Of a stretch of DNA of 64,000 nt, positions 17,452-27,626 are shown piece by piece. The translations under genes and the position numbers were made by a program. The stretch is from IMG/VR virus record IMGVR_UViG_3300027985_000978, positions 17,680 to 81,679 of that record. One strand, written 5' to 3'. Each line of letters opens with the position of its first letter. Within the stretch, counting starts at the first letter, position 1. The DNA is from a virus. The notes under the pieces were generated by a model, which saw only the letters and a list, made by a program, of their open reading frames with translations, searched no databases and was not told the DNA's origin.

Positions 17452-20339
17452 TATTTAACTTCCTCCGCATCCATCAGCGCCGTTAATTTGTCAGCAACGG
17501 TATTCATGAAATCGTTGTATTCATCAGCTTTACCGGCTGCATCGATATCATTGAATGCTGATTCCATTTTCATGAGATAGGCGTCAACGTTGGTTTCGTT
17601 GTCTAACAGGTTTTGAAGGTCTGCCAGTGCTTTAGTCACTGCTGAATCTTCACCAGTCGCAGTTAGCTCGTCATATAAGGCGTTAACCATACTGATAATG
17701 CCGCCCGTATATCCAGCCTCCTGAAACGCTAGTGTCAGCTGTTTAGGGTAATAAATACCAAGGCTGCTAAACGGACTATCATTAATCATTGAAGCGTTTG
17801 GCTTAATCGCTTCGTTAATGAATTCAGTCAGTGATTTATTCTGAAGGTATGAATTCATCCATTCTTTGAATGCAGCAAACTTTTCAGCGCGGGATTCTGG
17901 CGTCCACATTGGCTCTTTTAGCTCCACCAGCTCGTAGTCGCTGATTTCTTTATCTGTCAGTGGGCGATCATACGCAATAGCCCCCCAGCGCCATGCAGTA
18001 TCAGAAGGCATACCGCTAACAAGTTTGGCAGTTCTTGGATCTGTCATGACATTTTCTGACGCGATAGTGTCAACCTGCCCTGCTGGTTGCGCACCCACAC
18101 CCAACGGACGGGCGCGTAAGCCGTACCAGTAAAGAGATTGTTCTGTTGGTTGCGGCTCTGGCGTTGGTTCTGGTGTTACATTATTTTCTTTGGCTTTTGC
18201 GGCTATTCTTCTGCCTGCCATGCTGATCGCGTATGAGGCGGGATTTCTGTTTTCGATATTAAAATCACGCATCATCTTCTCAATCAGGGCATCTCTGACA
18301 CTCACATCAAAGAAGCCTGATTTATCAACTTTAGGGTTTACTTCCTGAATAACCTTATCAGCCATTGACGCATAATCTCGGTCATTCAAATCTTTAATAA
18401 TGATCCCCTTTTCCGTCGCGTCATCAGCCCACAGTAGCTCGCGGTCAAACTTCGATTGCCCCGCGCTATTTAGCTCTACGCTCCCGCTCCCAACCGCGCC
18501 GATAGTGTATTTTTTGCCGTCAATGGTGACTTTATCGCCCACATTAAACACGGTTCCGGCTGGTTCTGGATTGTCTTTTTGCGCTGCTCTGATTTCCATA
18601 TTACGGGCGTTAACTGCCTGTTGCGCACCATAGACCAAGCCGGTTGTATATTCAGAAACCTGTAATTTCTTCATGTAATCAACCAAGCGATCTTGTGTGG
18701 CAAAATCTAACGTGCCGTCAGGGTTTGTTGTGTGTTCAATGTCGCTTAATAAACCCTTTGCAAGATCTACATAATCTTCATCGTTCACACCACCAACAAT
18801 CACACCCATGCTGTTAAGCTGTTCGATAGAGTATTGGGTAGATGATGAATCACCATCCAATAGCAGGGCGGCGGAACCCATGCCAACCGATGTAACCTTG
18901 TATTTACTGCCGTCTGAGTCTGTCACCGTATCGCCAACACCTGCCGGTTTCGATTTTGGTAGATATGGTTGATCGCGTGGTAATACATCAGTCACCAGAT
19001 AACCGGCTGCTTTCCCTGCTTTGTACGCGGTGTATAGCTTTTTCGCGCCTTCGATCATGTCATCACCGGCATTGATTCGATAAGTTTTGTTTTTATCCAT
19101 CGAATCAAAAATCTCAACATACCAATCATCAAAATATTTAAAGCTGCTGACATGGGCGCTATTGTCCAGCACGTAAGAGTTGTCTTTTTCAAGCCCCTTG
19201 CGAACCAGCGTAAAGCTATCTGTTGGCGCGGTAGTGCTGTAAAACAATTCATCAAGCGAATTTCTTGATTTAGTCGTGCCGTCTTTCATCAGGTACATAC
19301 CTTTGTTTTTGTACCCTACCCCATCCCATGTATAGCGGGTTAATGTCTTGCGCGTGAAAGGGCCGTTATCTCGTTCAAGATCGATAGTCTTTGCAGATGA
19401 TTTAACAACCTTGTCTTCTGTTGACTCAAACACATATCCAGCTAACGGGCGATTGTCTTGATTCACTAGATTCGCAGCTTCAGTTGATAATTCAGGTTTG
19501 TTTTCATCCCCTTTAATCACTGGCTCCGGTACAACTGGATCGGCTGGCTTCATGCCGTCCAATTGCGCCTGTAACGCCTCGTTACGCGCTTTCTGCTTAT
19601 CAAGTAGGGTTTGCGTGCGTGCTACCGCGTCGGTTGCATCCTGTTGCTGCTTGTTCAGTTCATCAGCTTGTGTCGTGAGGTTTTCCGCTTCGGTTTGTAA
19701 CTGGCTGGTGGCGTCCTGAATCGTTTTTAACTCGTCTTGCTTCGCTTTGTTGTCAGCCTGTTTAGCCTGAAAGCGTTCGCTGTTGCGTTCGGCAAGGTTC
19801 GCCAGTACCAACGTTGTTTGTTTCAACGAGATATCCTGACCACCAGACGGCGCGACGACGTGGGTTACATCACGTTTATTCAGCAAGAAACGGAACGCCA
19901 CCAAATCATCGTTTTCTTTGATTTTTGACGGATCATTTGTTGGTGAATGAAAAATAATGCTGATTGCCTGACCATCAGAGAGCGGGAACTGCGCCGACAT
20001 CACGGCGAACTGACCGGCCTTGCGTGGTGCGCCGATTTCAGCTGTACCGGACTCAATGCCGGAGCCGTTCAGCTGGGCGTTCAGGGCGCGGTTAAATCCG
20101 GCCATCGTGCGATCAATGCGGTTTTTCTTGGTTGTGATTGCGTCATAGTATTTTGACTCTTCAACCGGCGCTGCATCCAGATCGTACAGGTATGTTGCGT
20201 CAACCTCTTCCAGCGTACAGCTTTCAAAAATCCGGTTATCATCACCCACGGCTGATAGGTACTGTTCGGTTGTCACCGGCTTTGCCATGTGATCAATCAC
20301 GTTTTTAATGTTGATTGCTTGGGATGGGTAATAACTCAT
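17451..20339 (-). CDS. darA: DarA antirestriction head protein (extended)
   Basis: DarA_N motif FPLSDGQAISIIFHSP...FLLNKRDVTHVVAP; coiled coil; DarA_C motif YWYGLRARP.GVGAQP...YDRPLT..EI..YEL. Confidence 0.9.
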   Translation of the reverse strand: MSYYPSQAINIKNVIDHMAKPVTTEQYLSAVGDDNRIFESCTLEEVDATYLYDLDAAPVEESKYYDAITTKKNRIDRTMAGFNRALNAQLNGSGIESGTAEIGAPRKAGQFAVMSAQFPLSDGQAISIIFHSPTNDPSKIKENDDLVAFRFLLNKRDVTHVVAPSGGQDISLKQTTLVLANLAERNSERFQAKQADNKAKQDELKTIQDATSQLQTEAENLTTQADELNKQQQDATDAVARTQTLLDKQKARNEALQAQLDGMKPADPVVPEPVIKGDENKPELSTEAANLVNQDNRPLAGYVFESTEDKVVKSSAKTIDLERDNGPFTRKTLTRYTWDGVGYKNKGMYLMKDGTTKSRNSLDELFYSTTAPTDSFTLVRKGLEKDNSYVLDNSAHVSSFKYFDDWYVEIFDSMDKNKTYRINAGDDMIEGAKKLYTAYKAGKAAGYLVTDVLPRDQPYLPKSKPAGVGDTVTDSDGSKYKVTSVGMGSAALLLDGDSSSTQYSIEQLNSMGVIVGGVNDEDYVDLAKGLLSDIEHTTNPDGTLDFATQDRLVDYMKKLQVSEYTTGLVYGAQQAVNARNMEIRAAQKDNPEPAGTVFNVGDKVTIDGKKYTIGAVGSGSVELNSAGQSKFDRELLWADDATEKGIIIKDLNDRDYASMADKVIQEVNPKVDKSGFFDVSVRDALIEKMMRDFNIENRNPASYAISMAGRRIAAKAKENNVTPEPTPEPQPTEQSLYWYGLRARPLGVGAQPAGQVDTIASENVMTDPRTAKLVSGMPSDTAWRWGAIAYDRPLTDKEISDYELVELKEPMWTPESRAEKFAAFKEWMNSYLQNKSLTEFINEAIKPNASMINDSPFSSLGIYYPKQLTLAFQEAGYTGGIISMVNALYDELTATGEDSAVTKALADLQNLLDNETNVDAYLMKMESAFNDIDAAGKADEYNDFMNTVADKLTALMDAEEVK

Positions 20340-20962
20340 TCTGCTGTGCCTCCGAGTTGTTCAATTTGCTCAATCAGACGGTTTGTAGTGGCGCGTTCCA
20401 CGTCTAACTCTTTTTTCAGTGCATCCAGTTTGCTGTCAGCATCCGTTTTACTGGTCTGTGCAGCTGCAATGGCAGACGTGAGACGGTTCACGTTTTCCTG
20501 TGCCGTGGCTTGCGCGTTCTTGGCTTCAACAATCCGCGCCTGAACGGTTCGGCTTACTGGTTTTTTCTCAGACGTATCGATCACGCGCTTGGCATTTTTC
20601 GCCAGTGAGTCATCAAAACGCTGTTGATTGGCGGCAACTTTTCCGGCGACTTCTTTCACGTATTTATCCAGCGTTGAAAGGTCTTTCACCGGTAGCACGG
20701 TTGTATTCAGTTTGGTTTCAATCACATCACCCTGATCGCCCAGCGTGATTGTCACAGACTGACCATTTTCAAAGGTTAAAACGGCCTTCTTCGTGGCTAG
20801 GCCGTCTTTCTTGGTGACACGGTTTGTTGCGTCAACGTTCGCCACTTTGCAGTTGTTCTTTTCAAAGACTGCAATCAGTTTTTTCAGTCCCTTTTCGGTG
20901 ACATTGGCAAAGTCCAGCGTGAAATATTTCGCGCCGTTCTTGCTAAAACGTTCATCAGACAT
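20336..20962 (-). CDS. hdf: Hdf (homolog of DarA fragment)
   Basis: 208 aa, LDFANVTEKGLKKLI...FENGQ plus C-terminal coiled coil; between lydB and darA. Confidence 0.8.
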   Translation of the reverse strand: MSDERFSKNGAKYFTLDFANVTEKGLKKLIAVFEKNNCKVANVDATNRVTKKDGLATKKAVLTFENGQSVTITLGDQGDVIETKLNTTVLPVKDLSTLDKYVKEVAGKVAANQQRFDDSLAKNAKRVIDTSEKKPVSRTVQARIVEAKNAQATAQENVNRLTSAIAAAQTSKTDADSKLDALKKELDVERATTNRLIEQIEQLGGTAE

Positions 20963-21383
20963 TCAAGATCTCCACGGGTATTGTTTTCGATGTTTTCAAT
21001 GGGAAGTGAGAGTAAAAAAGCGGGTTTAACCGGTCTGTTGTTTCAATCTTCACGGTTAGTTCCCACTCGCCCAGCGTGAGCAAGTCACGGCGAATAAGCA
21101 GGTACTCATTGTTAATGCCAGCCGCACAACCGGAGATAGATCGCGTCTTGCCAGCGATAACCGTAGTCGGACACTTCTTGTCTCGGATCGAGTAGCTAAG
21201 TTCTGACCAATCGGGATCTTTTTTCACTTTGTACCGGAGTGCAAAACGTAAATAGTTCCCTTCCGGTTCGCCTTCTTCGAGTGAGATTATTTCAACCTCG
21301 CCGCGCTTCAGAACAAATCGATCAACGGCCCCGACAACCGCCGCGCCTAACGCCGTTATTAAAAACAGGCTGTTACCATCCAT
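20955..21383 (-). CDS. lydB: LydB antiholin-like protein
   Basis: N-terminal TM helix then soluble domain (PTTVIAGKTR...NNEYLLI...GEWELTV); synteny. Confidence 0.7.
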   Translation of the reverse strand: MDGNSLFLITALGAAVVGAVDRFVLKRGEVEIISLEEGEPEGNYLRFALRYKVKKDPDWSELSYSIRDKKCPTTVIAGKTRSISGCAAGINNEYLLIRRDLLTLGEWELTVKIETTDRLNPLFYSHFPLKTSKTIPVEILNV

Positions 21384-21393
21384 ATGAATTTAC

Positions 21394-21690
21394 TCACTGA
21401 TTTCTGTTAGTTAAGTTATTCAGCACACCATCAAAGAGCCGCGCCATTACAGCGCTACCCTTCGACGCGGCCACCAGCACGCAGAAACAGACCAGCGGCT
21501 CCGGCCATTTCTGCCATGTTCCGAGAAAGAACAAACTCCACCCAGCCACGGGCGCTGTCACCAGTTCAGCGGTGATATCCAGCCAACCGGCCTTCAATCG
21601 CCCATCCCGCCGCCCCTGAAGGTATGAAGCTGTGCCACTGATCACGGATATCACTGTAACTATCGCCGCCAGCGCTGGCTCTATCGTCAA
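21394..21690 (-). CDS. lydA: LydA-family holin
   Basis: 98 aa with about 3 hydrophobic segments; first gene of the dar operon. Confidence 0.7.
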   Translation of the reverse strand: MTIEPALAAIVTVISVISGTASYLQGRRDGRLKAGWLDITAELVTAPVAGWSLFFLGTWQKWPEPLVCFCVLVAASKGSAVMARLFDGVLNNLTNRNQ

Positions 21691-21743
21691 CTCAGCTACC
21701 CCTTTATTATTTTGGTTAATTGATTAGGAAGTATAACCCTATA

Positions 21744-22145
21744 TTAAACCAATACGATTTCTGGCATTTCCGGCCAATCAATCACACTCGGAAACTCCGC
21801 CTGTGCCGTGATATCACGCAATAACTGGCGGTATACCTTCACAGCTACCAGTGAGTCAGCACTGATCGGGTAATCCGGCATAAGCAGGTGATCTGTTTTT
21901 GTGATTAGCGCATCACGACAAGATCGCGCCGCCTCTGCCAGTTCGTCAGCTGTTTTCACTGGCGCAACAATATCAACAAAGCCTACCGCGCCGTCACTGG
22001 TGATCCCAACCCGCTTTAAGTTGCTTTGTTGATTAATCAAAGCATCTCGTTCTTCATGCGTGGTCTGGATCGCATCTTCTGGAATAACGGTATGAATATC
22101 TGTGTCGTAAAATCCACCCGTTGAAGGTGAGTAATAAATAGTCAT
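21744..22145 (-). CDS. Tail fibre assembly chaperone (U/Tfa-like)
   Basis: IYYSPSTGGFY...R..RDALI..TD...PDYP...YRQLLRDI..Q.EFP..IDWPE.P. Confidence 0.85.
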   Translation of the reverse strand: MTIYYSPSTGGFYDTDIHTVIPEDAIQTTHEERDALINQQSNLKRVGITSDGAVGFVDIVAPVKTADELAEAARSCRDALITKTDHLLMPDYPISADSLVAVKVYRQLLRDITAQAEFPSVIDWPEMPEIVLV

Positions 22146-22154
22146 AACTACCCC

Positions 22155-25100
22155 TTAATAACCAATCGCAATATAGAGAATCTTCATGGTTTCGCTGCCA
22201 CCATTTGAACCAGTAATACGAGTTGCAACGAATGTTGCGCCGGTTGTGGATACGGAACCAACCGCTGCGGAATGCTCACTCCCTTCCGTATAGCTGCTAT
22301 TAGCGGCAGAAGGTGAAATACCGAGTAGTGCAGTTGGGAACGCGATAGGAAAAGTGACATTAGCCGAAAATTGAGGGTGAAGGTGATCTACGCTACTATT
22401 CGCGCTTCCGCCGGTATAAGCTGGCGGCGTAACTGTGATATACCCCCACTGAATAATTAAACCGCTTGGCAGTTTCTCATAACCATTTGAGGATCTGTTT
22501 TTTGTTCCTAGACCGTCATGCCAGATATTACCACCATCCCAAGTGATCCCACCTGAAGAGATCTGAAGGGTTTTCCTTGTTCCCCATGAAGCCCAATTAT
22601 CAGGAGTTACATGCAGGAAAATACCGCTCTCTGCGCCAATGTGCATCGCTTCGCCAGCGCTGCCAGCGTTGGTATACATGATTCCGGTTGATTCCCCCGC
22701 ACCAATAAATACGCAGTCATCCCCCCCTATCCCGATTGATCTGTTGTTATCACCACTATATCGACGGATAACCGGCACTCCGTCAAACGTCATTGCAGCT
22801 CCGCCTACCACCCCATACTCATGTGACCCAATGAATTTAGGCGCGGTTACTTGTACCGGAAATGAGGTGTTCCCTGATCCATCCAGTAACGTTGCGGTTC
22901 TCGTCAGTGAAACAAAATCCCCCGAATACTGGCGTACATAAATTGGTTCGATGCCGTTGTCGGCAGTGGCAATTTCCGCCCAGCCAAGGTCATCAGTTGC
23001 CCCTCCTACAACAATACGAAACCAATCATTGGTTGCCATTTTTCCGCGCACCAGTTCAGCTATTTCACCAACATCAGCCGTCGCCGTTACCTTGGTAGCG
23101 GTTCCCGCGTTGCCGGTAATATTGAATCCGGTATATGTACCGGAAAGGTTAGCGTTCGGAACGACCCCGCTTAGCTTGGTTGCATCCAGTGAGGTAACGG
23201 CGATTGAAATGTTTGCTGTACCGTCAAACCCTGTCGCTGTGCCGGTTGCACCACCACTGATCGCAATGGTTCGAGCTGTTGTCAGCTTGGTAGCCGTTGC
23301 CGCGTTGCCACCAATGTTAGTGACTATCGTATTAGTGGACGGGTTATAGCCTAGTCCAACATCAATATTCAGGCGTTGGTGTCCATCTGTGGCACTGTCT
23401 ACAAACGTTAAATAGCGCGTAGCATTGGTTGAATCGTCGCGCTCGATATACGGCTCCACCACGATATTGGCTGAACCATCAAAGGATACCGTGTTGATCG
23501 TTCTGGCGGTTGCTAACTTGGTTGCAGTCGAAGCGTTGCCGGTCAGTTCGCCAGATAAGCCATTGCTGAATGTAACTAAACCTGTTCCCATGTTGACCTG
23601 AATAGGCCGCAAGGCGTTGTAGTTCCCGTATTGATCGGCTGAATTAGTGACCAACAGGTATAACGTTGAGTTGTAGTTACGCCAGAACGACCCATACGTT
23701 TCACCAATCATGCGGTATGAGTTAGTGCTCTTGGTGATAATCTCCGCGTTGTTGGTTAGTTTGCCGGTTGCATCAATCGAGAGATACGCGCCAGCGTCGC
23801 CAACTTGGAACGTCCCATCTGTTCGCAGAACCCCTGCGCCGCAATAAATCCCACTGGTAAAATCACTGCGTGGGTTCAATCTCAACCATGTATCAATCTG
23901 ACCACCAATCGCCGTTTTACCGTTGTACGCTAACCCCTGCCCTGAAGCTGCACCGGTAGCGTTCCACGTCGCCGCATTCGCCTTGCCGTAAGCATCAAAG
24001 GTATATGACCAATACGTGGTATTTGCGGATTCCGAAGACCCAACCACCAGCGCCGCTTGAGAGAACGCACCGCCACCATAACGATACATCCCCAGCGAGA
24101 CACGAGACCCATAGCCGTAGGTTGTCGCCGTACTTGATCCGTCAATGATCGGGTAGTAATCATCTGTACCGGATACCGTGCCAAAGTTTACAGTGATCGG
24201 TGAGGAAACCTGACGTAAGGCCGCAACGGTATGTGTGGTATTCGCTGCCAGCCATGACGTGGCATTTACTGTGAGACTTAAATCAGTCTTTACGCCGCCC
24301 GTAGTGTAAATCGCATCACTGGCCGTGTTTCCTACCAGTAATTTTTTACCGCCATAGGTACGAATCCACGTTGTATCGGTCATGTATAGACCGCCGCCGT
24401 AGGTATCATTCACCCAGCCGGTTGCACCCGTCGAGTGATACCAGTTATTGGCGTAAAACTTCGGTGAGGTTACTTGTACCGGAAAATCGGTATTGCCCGA
24501 CGCATCCAGTAACGTTGCGGTTCTATTTATCGAGCCTGTTAATGGCGTTCCGTCGTACTGGCGAACATAGATCGGCTCAGTGCCATTATCACCGGTCGAG
24601 ATCTCCATATAGCCTGCATCTGAAGAAGTAGAACTGCCACCAACAAACCAGTAATCATTTGTTCCTGCTGTGCCAAATATGCCACGCTTTACGCCGTCAG
24701 CTACCACGGGGAAAGAGAGATTCCCGTTAAGTGTGAGCGGTGAATCAATCAGAACACTAGGCCATTCCGCCGCAGGGTTAATAATCAGCTGTGACGCGGA
24801 TTCACCGGATAGAATGGTTCTTGCACCAGATTTAAGCGTTTGGCTTGAAGCTGAAATATAGGAGTTATTCAGCACGTCGGCACTACGGGCCGAATCGACG
24901 CGCACCCCATAGGTACTTGTCCCGTTCCAGCCCATCAGAACCGGTGAACCTGCCGTCCATTGTACTGTCGCGTTAGTGTTATCGACCGCGCCACCACTTG
25001 GAGATAGAGAGTTCGATGCATCAAAGATCGTTGAATTGTTGCCGTTCTTTTGCCATGCCAGCTGCCCGATCACATGCGCTAGAATTCCTTTGCTGGCCCA

Positions 25101-25289
25101 ATCAGTTCGCAAGGCAATCGGTACTTTTGTTGCTGCATAATCGTATGTTGTTTTGACCGCCGCCGCCGTCGCATACGTGGTTGTGCTTGAATCATTTACG
25201 GCGCTGGTGGCTTGCCAGTTATTCACTAGGTCAACCGCCAGATCCAGCCGTAGCAATGATTTCACATCAATTTGCGCAATGTCTGTCAT
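22155..25289 (-). CDS. Tail fibre, distal receptor-binding part
   Basis: 1044 aa, G/T/S/A rich. GNAxTATKL repeats, duplicated EPIYVRQY module, C-terminal NGYEKLPSGLIIQWG...FPIAFP domain. Confidence 0.9.
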   Translation of the reverse strand: MTDIAQIDVKSLLRLDLAVDLVNNWQATSAVNDSSTTTYATAAAVKTTYDYAATKVPIALRTDWASKGILAHVIGQLAWQKNGNNSTIFDASNSLSPSGGAVDNTNATVQWTAGSPVLMGWNGTSTYGVRVDSARSADVLNNSYISASSQTLKSGARTILSGESASQLIINPAAEWPSVLIDSPLTLNGNLSFPVVADGVKRGIFGTAGTNDYWFVGGSSTSSDAGYMEISTGDNGTEPIYVRQYDGTPLTGSINRTATLLDASGNTDFPVQVTSPKFYANNWYHSTGATGWVNDTYGGGLYMTDTTWIRTYGGKKLLVGNTASDAIYTTGGVKTDLSLTVNATSWLAANTTHTVAALRQVSSPITVNFGTVSGTDDYYPIIDGSSTATTYGYGSRVSLGMYRYGGGAFSQAALVVGSSESANTTYWSYTFDAYGKANAATWNATGAASGQGLAYNGKTAIGGQIDTWLRLNPRSDFTSGIYCGAGVLRTDGTFQVGDAGAYLSIDATGKLTNNAEIITKSTNSYRMIGETYGSFWRNYNSTLYLLVTNSADQYGNYNALRPIQVNMGTGLVTFSNGLSGELTGNASTATKLATARTINTVSFDGSANIVVEPYIERDDSTNATRYLTFVDSATDGHQRLNIDVGLGYNPSTNTIVTNIGGNAATATKLTTARTIAISGGATGTATGFDGTANISIAVTSLDATKLSGVVPNANLSGTYTGFNITGNAGTATKVTATADVGEIAELVRGKMATNDWFRIVVGGATDDLGWAEIATADNGIEPIYVRQYSGDFVSLTRTATLLDGSGNTSFPVQVTAPKFIGSHEYGVVGGAAMTFDGVPVIRRYSGDNNRSIGIGGDDCVFIGAGESTGIMYTNAGSAGEAMHIGAESGIFLHVTPDNWASWGTRKTLQISSGGITWDGGNIWHDGLGTKNRSSNGYEKLPSGLIIQWGYITVTPPAYTGGSANSSVDHLHPQFSANVTFPIAFPTALLGISPSAANSSYTEGSEHSAAVGSVSTTGATFVATRITGSNGGSETMKILYIAIGY

Positions 25290-25292
25290 TCG

Positions 25293-26267
25293 TTAAAATC
25301 TCCACCCGTCAGACTCATATGTAAAAATCACGTCTACATCGACATTCACCTGTACCGCCAAGGCGTTACCGGCTCTTGTAATGACTCGACCCCCACCCTC
25401 AACCACCACCAAACAGACCGCACCGGACGCCAGCAAATCAGGGGAAATTCGCACGCGCACATGTTCACCCACGACAACGCCGGTTGTCGGTAGCGTGAGC
25501 GTGCCAGCTGTCATAAAGAGATAAGCGCCTTGGGGCTTTGCGGTAGCGCCTGCCGCTTCCACGAACTTGGCCGCTGGCTGCAACGTGCCACCGATCCGGT
25601 TGCCATAACCTGCCGCGATCCGCCCGTCATCCGTGGTAAGGCCCAACTCGCCATCAAACAGGATCATTTCTTCCCGTTCGGTAGAGTCGCCTCGTCGGAT
25701 CTGAATAGTGGTTGTGCCAAGTGGGGTATTGACGAACGCGCCGCCGTTGATTTTAAGGACACCTGTTAGATCTACGTCCATGCGTTCGCTGGCGTCGATA
25801 TGAGAGATCGTGAGTTCGGTAGTTCCTGCAGGAACGTTTAGGCCGTACAGGATGATATGGTGATCTTGCAGGTCTGCCGTTGCTACCAACTGAAGAGTGG
25901 CGGCATCAATTACCGAATCCGTGGACACCTGTTTCGTAATTGTTCCCACGGCATACAGCGCCTCAAGGACGACATAACCGACAAAGCCAGCGGTCACGGT
26001 TAGATCAACCGGTAACACGTTCTGAACGGTTAAACAGGCGTTGTTACGCTCAACAATGGCTGTCCCCACAAGGTTTTCACCAATGCGTAACACCATTCCA
26101 CCCGCCAGCGTATAACGGAAACCGCGATAGATACCTGCCGGAACGACGCCAAAAAATTTACGGTTAAGCGCTTCTGATCCCATTGGTTCCAGATATTGAA
26201 CATCTGTCAGTAATGGCATCGTGGAAATATCAGCCGACGTAGGCGGCATTAAGACAATTTCAGTCAT
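25293..26267 (-). CDS. Baseplate-anchoring fibre protein (P1 S N-terminal domain homolog)
   Basis: DVQYLEP..SEALNRKF.GVV..G.Y.GF resembles the P1 S N-terminus; followed by IQIRRG...GELGLTTD motif. Confidence 0.75.
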   Translation of the reverse strand: MTEIVLMPPTSADISTMPLLTDVQYLEPMGSEALNRKFFGVVPAGIYRGFRYTLAGGMVLRIGENLVGTAIVERNNACLTVQNVLPVDLTVTAGFVGYVVLEALYAVGTITKQVSTDSVIDAATLQLVATADLQDHHIILYGLNVPAGTTELTISHIDASERMDVDLTGVLKINGGAFVNTPLGTTTIQIRRGDSTEREEMILFDGELGLTTDDGRIAAGYGNRIGGTLQPAAKFVEAAGATAKPQGAYLFMTAGTLTLPTTGVVVGEHVRVRISPDLLASGAVCLVVVEGGGRVITRAGNALAVQVNVDVDVIFTYESDGWRF

Positions 26268-26275
26268 ATGTCACC

Positions 26276-26692
26276 TTACGCAATGTTGGTATCAATGTAG
26301 CCTTCGACGACTAACGAGCGCTTGTCGTTGATCCAAATCGGTGTACTGGCTAATACCGCTACCAATCCGCCTTGGTCATCGAGCACGCCCAATGCCGTAA
26401 ACTTGCTTTGTGTTCCTTCTGCCACGGAACCAGCAGGCAGCACAGCGCGGATCGTAATGCGACCATTGGCATAGGTATAAATTGGATCATTAGTGAGGAA
26501 AATATCAGGGATGGCCGCCGTATCGAGCGGGATTGTCGCCACGGACGGTTGACCGTCTACCGTGTCTTCAAAGCCATCACCCCAGACAACCTGCCCCAAC
26601 TTAAAATCAGAGATCAAATTGATTGACGCTTGAGCACGACGCTCATAATAGCGCGTCATTAGTTGCGCATCGTAAAGTACGACTGTTGACAT
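26276..26692 (-). CDS. R: Tail fibre protein R homolog
   Basis: LY.AQL...YYERRAQASIN matches recalled P1 gpR; size and synteny agree. Confidence 0.8.
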   Translation of the reverse strand: MSTVVLYDAQLMTRYYERRAQASINLISDFKLGQVVWGDGFEDTVDGQPSVATIPLDTAAIPDIFLTNDPIYTYANGRITIRAVLPAGSVAEGTQSKFTALGVLDDQGGLVAVLASTPIWINDKRSLVVEGYIDTNIA

Positions 26693-26780
26693 ATTTAAGC
26701 CTCATGGGAATGAGGCCGGAAAGGATGGGAAACGGGCTTTGTTATGCTATCACAGCATCCTGTTTAACATGGGAAAGTGG

Positions 26781-27626
26781 TTAGCCAGCAGGCAACGGGC
26801 GATCCACTGTCCAAGCATCAAGCGGGTACGCATCAAACCTCGCCTGATAGTTATACCGGTACTCACAGCTGTTATTCATTACCGGCATGTATTGAGTCGG
26901 GGTATCAGCCTGATAGGTACTGGTTTCAACGTTTTCCGCCACCACGGGGATCAGCTGTTCAATGTCTGCCGTTCCTCGCGTAAAGATTTCCTCAAGCTCC
27001 ACCAGCGTATAAGTGAAGTAATACCGCGTTCCGTCATACACGATATGCAGCGGGATCATGGGCGTAACAAGTCGCGTCAGTGTCTCTTCAAAGAGCGCCA
27101 CCTGTTCATCCACACTTTGCGCTTCGGGGAATACTTTCACCAGTTCAGTGACAGGGATATACAGCACACCACGCGCTGTTAAGAACCACTGATCGGCTGG
27201 TATGGTTTCATATTCCAACTGCGCTTCCGTGGCAAAGTATGAACCATACGGATAGTTAATTTGATCCATTGGTGCATACAGGGGCCGCCACTCAATCTGC
27301 AAGCCGGAAAACTCACGGCTGATCGCGCTTTCCATCGGGTACTTGGTTTTTTTCAGCCGGATCTCGTCTTGGCGCTGCATCAATGCCAGCGGCCAATCTT
27401 CAATCTCTACGCGGTCTGAAATCGCAAAGAAACTGCCTAATTCAGCAACCTTTTTGCGTAAGTCTTCCTCGGTCATAGCAAAGGTACTGCTCATACCTCG
27501 GAGCCGATCAATCAGCGGTTCCACCTGTTGCTCGAATATCTCTTGAATTGAATCTGCAAGCTCCGTCCACATCGGGGAGTTTTGCTTTGCGGCGGTTAGC
27601 CGGTCACGTAACCAGTTTGTTTTCAT
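26781..27626 (-). CDS. 16: Baseplate wedge gp16 homolog
   Basis: WLRDRLTAAKQ...EDL....ELG.FF matches recalled P1 gp16; synteny. Confidence 0.8.
   Translation of the reverse strand: MKTNWLRDRLTAAKQNSPMWTELADSIQEIFEQQVEPLIDRLRGMSSTFAMTEEDLRKKVAELGSFFAISDRVEIEDWPLALMQRQDEIRLKKTKYPMESAISREFSGLQIEWRPLYAPMDQINYPYGSYFATEAQLEYETIPADQWFLTARGVLYIPVTELVKVFPEAQSVDEQVALFEETLTRLVTPMIPLHIVYDGTRYYFTYTLVELEEIFTRGTADIEQLIPVVAENVETSTYQADTPTQYMPVMNNSCEYRYNYQARFDAYPLDAWTVDRPLPAG

Noticed and set aside
21700-25300. Cin invertible segment or DGR in the fibre region
   Set aside because: No invertase, reverse transcriptase, cix-like inverted repeats or adenine-specific repeat pair seen.
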